Source: an uncultured Thermoleophilia bacterium
Lineage (GTDB): Bacteria > Actinomycetota > Thermoleophilia > UBA2241
NCBI GenBank assembly: GCA_963702475.1
Contig: CAVPCT010000003.1
Span: forward strand, 1 to 64,000
Direction of reading: 5' to 3'
Length of the DNA: 64,000 bases
Numbering within the stretch: the first letter of the stretch is position 1; every line of letters starts with the position of its first letter. Shown in pieces: positions 57,460 through 64,000 of the stretch. The notes below the pieces were generated by a model that searched no databases, was not told the DNA's origin, and saw nothing but the letters and a program-made list of their open reading frames with translations. The translations under genes and the position numbers were made by a program.

Positions 57460-58028
57460 TCCCCGGTCCTCGCCGGCACGGCGACAACGCGCGGCGCGTG
57501 GCCGGTGACGGCGAAGAGCCGTTCGAGGCCCTCGCGCCCGATGACCAGGGTGCTCGTGTTGACGAGCGGGTGACACTGCAGGGCGTCCTCTCGCCACAGG
57601 TCCTGGTCCACAACGACCTCCACGGCCCCCTCCGCGTCGTTCACGACTCCCAGCAGGGTGACTGACCCGGCCTCGAGCCCGAGGTACCTCTCGAGACGAG
57701 CGCCGGAGGCGAAGCGCAGGCCGCCGGCGCCGAGCAGCGCGCCCAGCGCCTTGAGGTCCACGCGGGTCTCGGGGCGAACGCTCACGAGGAAGTGCCGGCG
57801 CCCCTTGGCGTCGCGCACGAAGAGGTTCTTGGTCTCGGCGCCGGGCAGGTGGGGCGACTCCCGGCGCGCCTCCTCGCACGTGTAGACGGGCGGGTGGTCG
57901 GCGCGCACGTACCCGATGCCGTGGGCGTCGAGGAGCGCCAGCAGGCGGTCGCGCGCCTGTGCGGGTGATCCTCCAGGCGATCCGTCGGGACCTGGGTCCG
58001 GCGCTCGCTCGTTCGCGTCCGTCTCCAC
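57456..58028 (-). CDS. YbaK/ProX-type aminoacyl-tRNA deacylase
   Basis: HPPVYTCEE, TKNLFVRD, GSVT, HPLVNTST. Confidence 0.9.
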   Translation of the reverse strand: METDANERAPDPGPDGSPGGSPAQARDRLLALLDAHGIGYVRADHPPVYTCEEARRESPHLPGAETKNLFVRDAKGRRHFLVSVRPETRVDLKALGALLGAGGLRFASGARLERYLGLEAGSVTLLGVVNDAEGAVEVVVDQDLWREDALQCHPLVNTSTLVIGREGLERLFAVTGHAPRVVAVPARTGE

Positions 58029-58292
58029 GGCTCCAGATTCTATCCGGCGGTGCCGCGCGAACGCTCGGCCCCACACGGCGGACCGCGGACTTGGTGCCTG
58101 TCCGGGCCCGTGCGGCTTCGCCGGGCAGCGCGGGCATGTCGAGGGCGATCGCCTCGAGGAACCGCGACTCATGTCGGGAGTCGGGCGAGGCGTTGCCGGC
58201 CGGTGCGTGCCGTCGGCTCACTGGTGCCGTCCGGCCGTGCGTGGTAGAAACCGCGCGAAGATCCTGGGGCACGAGCACAGCCGGAGGGAGCC

Positions 58293-58967
58293 ATGCGCAC
58301 GCCCGTTCGTCGTACGTCCGCGCTCGCCGCGGCAGTGGTCGTCGTCGCCCTGGTCGGTCTCGGGGCGGGCGCCTGTGGCGGCTCCGCCGAGGGTGTCAGC
58401 GCCACCTCTGCCGCGACCGCCTCGCCGGGTGGCCCGTCGCCGATACCGTCGGGCCTCACCGAGACGTACGCCAGCGAGACCTACGGCTTCGGCTTTCAGT
58501 ACCCGTCCGGCTTCACGGTGACCGTCCAGCCCGAGTTCGTGCAGAGCGACATCGCCGTGTTCAGCCTCGCGCTGCTGCCCACGAGCGAGACCACGGACGC
58601 GTTCGGCTTCGACGGCGGCAACAGCGTGCGATTGGTCGTGCTCGTGAGCGAGAAGACCCCGAGCTGGCAGGACGTCGACAGCGACCGCGTCGCCCAGGCG
58701 ATGACCGCCGGAATGCAGGACTACCTCGCGTCGCTGGACGGGCTGGACTCCACCGGGGCGGAGCCGACCGACATCGACGGCTTCGCCGGCGCCCAGGCGG
58801 CGTATTCCTACGACACCGAGTCCGGCCGCGAGGACACGTGGACTCTCACACTGGTGGAGCCAGACGGCGACTACCGGCTGGAGGTCCAGGCCACGTCGCC
58901 GGCAGACGTGGCCGATCTGCTCGAGCCGGTCTGGACGGAGGTCATCAACTCGTTCACGACGCTGTGA
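58293..58967 (+). CDS. Lipoprotein (PsbP/DcrB-like fold possible)
   Basis: Signal ending AGAC; YGFGFQYPSGF; VINSFTTL. Confidence 0.75.
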   Translation: MRTPVRRTSALAAAVVVVALVGLGAGACGGSAEGVSATSAATASPGGPSPIPSGLTETYASETYGFGFQYPSGFTVTVQPEFVQSDIAVFSLALLPTSETTDAFGFDGGNSVRLVVLVSEKTPSWQDVDSDRVAQAMTAGMQDYLASLDGLDSTGAEPTDIDGFAGAQAAYSYDTESGREDTWTLTLVEPDGDYRLEVQATSPADVADLLEPVWTEVINSFTTL

Positions 58968-59176
58968 GGCGGGCCGGGCGGGCGATGCGCCCGCCCGGCC
59001 CGCCTCCTTCCCGCAGCGGCGCGGCGAGGCGCCGGGTTGCATCGCCTCCGAAGTCCGTCATCCTGAAAGGGCCTACTGCTCAAGCAGGGCGGCCGGAGAC
59101 ACGAGGTCGCTCGCCGGACCGAGGGAGCGGGCCGCCGCCGTAGAACCAGAAGCGGCAGGTCCCCCACCGGAGTCAC

Positions 59177-61579
59177 ATGACGAGAACCTTCAGCTGTGTC
59201 GTGCTCGCCCTCGCGGCGCTCGCGGCCGCCGTCCTGGCGGCGCCGGCGGCGCGCGCCGGGGACGCGGAGCGCACGCCGCCCGTGGCGATCCACACCGTGT
59301 CACTCGGCGACGGGCTGCGCTTGGGCCCGGCGGCCGGCGGGCGTGCCGCCGCCGCGGCCGAGCCTCTCGCGACCGTCGACACCGGCGCCCGCTTCACGAT
59401 GCTCGGCGTCAGGTGCGCCGTCCCGTCCGCCCCCGGCTCCGTGACCGTGCAGCTGCGCACCAGTCTCGACGGCCGGACCTGGGGCGAGTGGCTGAGCGCC
59501 TCGCTCGAGGTCGTGCAGGAGGGGGGCGAGGCGCCGCGAGCCTTCACGGAGGCCATGTGGACCGGCGCGGCGCGCCACGTGCAGGTGCGCGCGGCGGGGG
59601 CCGCAGGCGCGCCCGCCGCGCTCAAGAACGTCAGGCTCGTCACACTCGATCCGGCGCTCGACGCGTCGGTGCTGCCCACGGTCGGTGCGGCCCTTACAGA
59701 GCGGTCCCTCGCGCCGTCCGCCGGCGTCCGTGCGGCAGCGCGCATCACCGGCTCCCGCCCGGCGATCGTCACGCGCAAGCAGTGGGGCGCCGACGAGTCG
59801 TGGCGGGGCTCCAAGCCGGAGTACGCCAAGGTCAAGATGGTCTTCGTGCACCACACCGACAGCCGCAACGAGTACGCGCAGAACGAGGCTTCGGCCATCA
59901 TGCGCGCCATCTATGCCTACCACACGAAGTCGCTCGGCTGGAGCGACATCGGCTACAACTTCCTCGTCGACCGCTTCGGCACCATCTACGAGGGTCACTA
60001 CGGCGGCATGACGCGCGGCGTCGTGGGCGCCCAGGTGCTGGGCTTCAACACCGGCAGCGTCGGCATCTCGGTCATCGGCGACTTCGCCGGCGACGCGATC
60101 CCCGCGGAGGCGCTCGCCTCCCTCGAGAAGCTCATCGCGTGGAAGCTGAAGCTCCACCACCTCAAGCCTGGCCGCACCGCCCGCATCCGTTGCAGCTACG
60201 GGCAGAAGTTCCGCACCGGGCAGATGGTCACGTTCCCCGTGGTCGCGGGCCACCGCGACGCGAACTTCACGGAGTGCCCGGGCAACGTCTTCTATCCGCT
60301 GCTGCCGACTGTGCGTCTGGAGGCGGCCGGCAGGCCGCAGCCGCCGATCGTGACGCTGGCGAGGGGCGCGCCGTCGCACTTCAGCCCCAACGACGACGGC
60401 GCCCAGGACGCAGCCGGCCTCAGCTTCTGGCTGACCAAGCCCGCGAACTGGAGCATCGAGCTGCGTGATGCCAAGGGCGAGCGCGTCGGCAGCTTCAGCG
60501 GAGAGGGCGCCTCCGGGCAGGTCACCTGGCCGGGCCTGGACGATCAGGGCAGGCCCCGGCCTGACGGCACCTACAGTGCGGTCGTCACGGCGACCAACGA
60601 TCTCGGGAACGCCGCGGCGACGACCGTCAAGCTCGTGCTCGACACCGTGGCGCCGCAGCTGGAGTCCGCCGGCGCGGAGTACGACTGGTTCAGCCCGAAC
60701 GGCGACGGCTGGGCCGAGACTGCCAAGGTCACGTACAGGGCCGCCGAGCGGGCCGCGACGCGCGTGTCCATCGTGGACGGCGCCGGCAAGGTGGAGCGCC
60801 GGCTCACCGAATGGCGCGACGCCAGCGCCGCTGAACAGTCGGCCACCTGGAATGGCCAGGTCACGGCCGGCGACGCGCAGACGCCGGCGCCGGACGGCGA
60901 GTACGCCTTCCTGGTCGAGTGCCGCGACGCCGCCGGCAACGTCTCGAGGAAGAAGGCGCCTGTCTTGGTGGACCGCACCGTGGGCCATCTGACGGCCGCG
61001 CCCGACACCGTCTCCCCCAACGGGGACGGCGTGAACGACTCCGCGACGCTCGCCTTCACGCTGACCCGCCCGGCGACCGTCAAGGTCACCGTCAAGGTGG
61101 CCGGCAAGGGCGTGCGTAGCTACGTGCTCGGGCAGCTTCCCGCCGCCGCCGGCTCCGTCGTCTGGGACGGTCTCACCGCGGACGGCGCTCCCGTGGCGAG
61201 CGGGCGCCTGACCTTCACCGTCTCGGCTACGTCGGCACTGGGCGGGAGCTCGGCGTCGGGCAAGCTCGCAGCCGACCTCGAGCGGCCGGTCCTCACGCCG
61301 GGCGCGGCCGCCCAGACCGTCAAGCTCGGCAAGAGCGCCAAGCTCACATGCACGGCGCAGGACGCCTTCAGCGAGGAGGTCCAGCTCGGGTACGTGGTCA
61401 CCGACGCGGCCGGCCTGGTGGTCGCCTCCGGCACGAAGGGCTGGGTCGCGGTGGGGACGGCGGCCACGGTGACGTGGAAGCCGCCGCTCGCCGGCCTCTA
61501 CAGCGTCACGTGGACAGGCGCCGATCGCGGCGGGAACCGGGAGCTGGCGCCCGCCGCCACGCTGCTCACGGTGCAGTAG
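59177..61579 (+). CDS. N-acetylmuramoyl-L-alanine amidase (PGRP/Amidase_2) with FlgD-type Ig repeats
   Basis: VHHT, GWSDIGYNFLVD, GHRD..TECPG; repeated SPN(G/D)DG...W.G modules. Confidence 0.92.
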   Translation: MTRTFSCVVLALAALAAAVLAAPAARAGDAERTPPVAIHTVSLGDGLRLGPAAGGRAAAAAEPLATVDTGARFTMLGVRCAVPSAPGSVTVQLRTSLDGRTWGEWLSASLEVVQEGGEAPRAFTEAMWTGAARHVQVRAAGAAGAPAALKNVRLVTLDPALDASVLPTVGAALTERSLAPSAGVRAAARITGSRPAIVTRKQWGADESWRGSKPEYAKVKMVFVHHTDSRNEYAQNEASAIMRAIYAYHTKSLGWSDIGYNFLVDRFGTIYEGHYGGMTRGVVGAQVLGFNTGSVGISVIGDFAGDAIPAEALASLEKLIAWKLKLHHLKPGRTARIRCSYGQKFRTGQMVTFPVVAGHRDANFTECPGNVFYPLLPTVRLEAAGRPQPPIVTLARGAPSHFSPNDDGAQDAAGLSFWLTKPANWSIELRDAKGERVGSFSGEGASGQVTWPGLDDQGRPRPDGTYSAVVTATNDLGNAAATTVKLVLDTVAPQLESAGAEYDWFSPNGDGWAETAKVTYRAAERAATRVSIVDGAGKVERRLTEWRDASAAEQSATWNGQVTAGDAQTPAPDGEYAFLVECRDAAGNVSRKKAPVLVDRTVGHLTAAPDTVSPNGDGVNDSATLAFTLTRPATVKVTVKVAGKGVRSYVLGQLPAAAGSVVWDGLTADGAPVASGRLTFTVSATSALGGSSASGKLAADLERPVLTPGAAAQTVKLGKSAKLTCTAQDAFSEEVQLGYVVTDAAGLVVASGTKGWVAVGTAATVTWKPPLAGLYSVTWTGADRGGNRELAPAATLLTVQ

Positions 61580-63107
61580 GCGGTACTGCTTCGTCGCCGC
61601 CGCGAGGCGTGCTGGCGGCAGCGGCTTCGACGGACGCGACGTCGTCGGGCGCGGGCTCCTTTGTCGTCGCGATCTCCAGCACGACCTGGGTGTGCCCCGG
61701 TCGCGTGGCGAGCAGCACGCGTTCGGACAGCTGGAGCATGATGGTGAAGCCCATGCCCAGGCTCGCGGCGGTCGAGAACCCGCGGACCAGGGTGGCCCGG
61801 GGGAGGGTGTGGAAGTCGATGCCCGGCCCGTCGTCGCCGATCGCCACCTGCAGCAGGCCGTCCTTGGCAAACACCTGGTAGGTGCCCGCGCCGGCGTGCT
61901 TGAGGGCGTTGTCGAGCGCCTCGCTCACCGGCGTGATGAGGCTGCTGCGGTCCACGCGCCCGGGGTAGCGCGCCTCGGCAGCTTCGAGCACCTTCTGCCG
62001 GGCCTGCGCCGTCTGCGAGGCGGAGGTGAGAGCGGCGCGCTGAGTGAGCGGCTCGCCCAGCTCGGCCGGCAGCAGCTCGTCGGTGAGCAGGATGAGCTTG
62101 CCGCCGGTGACCGCGTCGAGCACGTCGACGTAGGCCCGGCGGATCTCCTCCTCCTGGTGGCGCAGGGCCTGCTCGGCGCGGCGCACCTCGGTCGTGTCCA
62201 CCGCGGAGAGCGCCCACATGTCGTGCCCAGTCCGATAAGCCGTCAGGAACTCGTAGGCGTCTTCGGCCTCAACGTGCAGCTCGCGGCGCGTCACCGTCCC
62301 GGTGGCCACCGCGCCGACGACCAGAGAGAAGTAGGCGTCCAGGCGCTCGTCGTCCCCGAAGCCCTGGCTCATGCGGCGGCCCACGAGCGCGTCCCGTCCG
62401 CCGTCCCAGCGGGTCGCCAGCGTGGGGTTCACGTCGACGATCTCCAGATCCGGGCCGTAGTCGTCGCCCTGCAGGACGCGGAAGACGGCGAGGTCCTCGG
62501 TGGCGTTGTCGAACAGCCGGCGGTAGCGGCGCTCGCTCTCGCGGAGTTCCTCCTGCTCGCGCTGTCGCAGCAGGGCCGTCATGCCCATCTCGCCGAGCAG
62601 GCCGACGAAGTCGGCGAGGAAGGCGATGGACTTCCTGAGGCGCGCGTGCGAGAGCACGGGCACGCGCGCGAACGCCTCCATGTACGCAGCCTCGTCGAAG
62701 CCCAGGCGGCGGGCACGCCCGGCGAACACCGTTGGGTCCACCTCGTCGTCGTCGAAGAAGAACTGGCCGGTGAAGATGTTGGCCACGTGGTTCCCCCCAA
62801 TCACCAGGGGGAACGCCACGTCCCAGAGCCCGTTGGCGCACCGGTAGGCGAAGTGGTCCGTACCCTCGAGTCCCTCTACAAGGCGCTGGTTGATGCGCAG
62901 GTCGCTCTCCAGACAGCCCGCGAGGGTGACGTGGTGGAGCCTGTGGAACTTCGTGCAGATGTCCTGCCAGCCGGAGGCGATGAGGACGTTGCCCTGCGTG
63001 TCGAGGACGGCGAGCGAGATGTCGAACGCCGCCGAGAGACTCTCGCAGATGCGCTGCACGCGCTCCAGATCGATGAGACTGGCAAGTGTCTGCGGCTCCA
63101 CAGTCAC
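61566..63107 (-). CDS. PocR sensor - PAS - RsbW/RsbT-like HATPase
   Basis: WQDICTKFHR, CLESD, YRCANGLWDVAFP, FTGQFF; SEALDNALKHAG, DDGPGI, GMGF; no H-box seen. Confidence 0.85.
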   Translation of the reverse strand: MTVEPQTLASLIDLERVQRICESLSAAFDISLAVLDTQGNVLIASGWQDICTKFHRLHHVTLAGCLESDLRINQRLVEGLEGTDHFAYRCANGLWDVAFPLVIGGNHVANIFTGQFFFDDDEVDPTVFAGRARRLGFDEAAYMEAFARVPVLSHARLRKSIAFLADFVGLLGEMGMTALLRQREQEELRESERRYRRLFDNATEDLAVFRVLQGDDYGPDLEIVDVNPTLATRWDGGRDALVGRRMSQGFGDDERLDAYFSLVVGAVATGTVTRRELHVEAEDAYEFLTAYRTGHDMWALSAVDTTEVRRAEQALRHQEEEIRRAYVDVLDAVTGGKLILLTDELLPAELGEPLTQRAALTSASQTAQARQKVLEAAEARYPGRVDRSSLITPVSEALDNALKHAGAGTYQVFAKDGLLQVAIGDDGPGIDFHTLPRATLVRGFSTAASLGMGFTIMLQLSERVLLATRPGHTQVVLEIATTKEPAPDDVASVEAAAASTPRGGDEAVPPTAP

Positions 63108-63250
63108 ACTCCGCCCCTTCCGCTCGGGCGCCGCCGGCGTGCGGCCGCGGCGCTGCCCCCATGCTCCCTTCGATACCCCCGGTCCGGCGCTCCGGAACAC
63201 CCGTTCCCGACGATCTCCGGACGGAAACGCTTGACCGCCACCCGCCCGAG

Positions 63251-64000
63251 TCACTCCGCTGCCGGCGACCGCGGGGCGGCGAAGGCGCGCGAAAGCTGAC
63301 GGAAGCGGTCGGCGGTCTCGGTGTCCACGGGGTGCGGTGAGTAGCGGGCAAGCTCGTACAGGCCGGCAAGTTCGACAACCGGCGATCCTGAGGCTCCGAG
63401 GCCGGCCGAAGGCGCGCCGCCGCCGGACCCGGCGGGCTCGTCCACTCGGCGCGGGGGCCCGTGCTGCAGGTCTGCGACCTGCAGCAGATACGAGCGCACC
63501 GTGGTCCCCACGGGCCGCGGGTGGCCGACGCGGGAGAGGCGGCGTTCCAGTCCCTCGTACTCGCGCCGCACCAGCTGGGCCGGAGTCGCCGGCGGGTTCC
63601 GGCGCGGCACAAGGCGGGCCAGCCGCCGCCGCACCCCGGCGACTGCGCCGGCGCTCACGTCACGCAGTGTCAGCACGGCCTCGCGCTCCTCCTCCACCTC
63701 GACGGGGGTCGAACCCCTGACGCGTCTGAGGGCGAAAGCCACGATGAGCAACGGTGCCGCCGCGGCGACCACCGCCACGGCGATGGTGAGTGCCGCGCGG
63801 GTCCAGGCGTACGCGCCGCCGCGCGGCGCTTTGGGCAGCGCCTGCAGGTGAGGGTCGTCACCTTGCGGTGGGTCCACCCTGGGCAGGTCGTGCAGGTGGA
63901 GCGACCCGAGCACCCACGAGAGCGCGCGCACGAGGCCGGCGCCGGCCCAACCGAGGACGAAGCCCAGCAACCCCAGAAGGTACTGAAGGACCTCGCCGGC
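63251..64000 (-). CDS. DUF4129-like membrane protein, 5' end outside the window
   Basis: VRREY..LERRL...GHPRP.GTT...LAGLYELARYS. Confidence 0.8.
   Translation of the reverse strand, partial: AGEVLQYLLGLLGFVLGWAGAGLVRALSWVLGSLHLHDLPRVDPPQGDDPHLQALPKAPRGGAYAWTRAALTIAVAVVAAAAPLLIVAFALRRVRGSTPVEVEEEREAVLTLRDVSAGAVAGVRRRLARLVPRRNPPATPAQLVRREYEGLERRLSRVGHPRPVGTTVRSYLLQVADLQHGPPRRVDEPAGSGGGAPSAGLGASGSPVVELAGLYELARYSPHPVDTETADRFRQLSRAFAAPRSPAAE

Noticed and set aside
1-64000. CRISPR array, rRNA or prophage structural genes
   Set aside because: No regularly spaced repeat-spacer units, rRNA-like segments or phage hallmark proteins seen

Overview
High-GC bacterial DNA; the gene set and codon style suggest an Actinomycetota such as Thermoleophilia (inference only). 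It falls into five zones. (1) 1-7.1 kb: a visibly lower-GC, heavily frameshifted accessory zone with a P-loop ATPase, a HEPN-motif gene, and SnoaL, DUF1059 and VOC genes. It is interspersed with two half-tRNAs (Ala 5' half, Ile 3' half) set in recurring att-like motifs; no integrase is in the window. (2) 7.1-9.4 kb: two different IS630 elements joined tail-to-tail at one CTAG. (3) 9.9-27.3 kb: a surface/lipoprotein-rich zone with a triplicated promoter+signal-peptide module, a papain-like protease, and a compact operon of a TrkA-N/RyR membrane protein, a stand-alone SLOG protein and a TIR-TM-TPR protein. That operon is the best candidate for an undescribed nucleotide-signalling (Thoeris-like) system. 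(4) 36-49 kb: an extended potassium locus with a split kdpD, kdpE, two extra small membrane ORFs, kdpFABC, a Na/K-ATPase-like P-type pump and two TrkA genes, with matching repeat arrays before both transport units. (5) 49-64 kb: mostly ordinary genes (patatin, AEC transporter, cupredoxin/anti-sigma/ECF, ProX-type deacylase, amidase, PocR kinase). All calls are by eye from motifs; no database searches were run, and some frameshifts may be sequencing errors.
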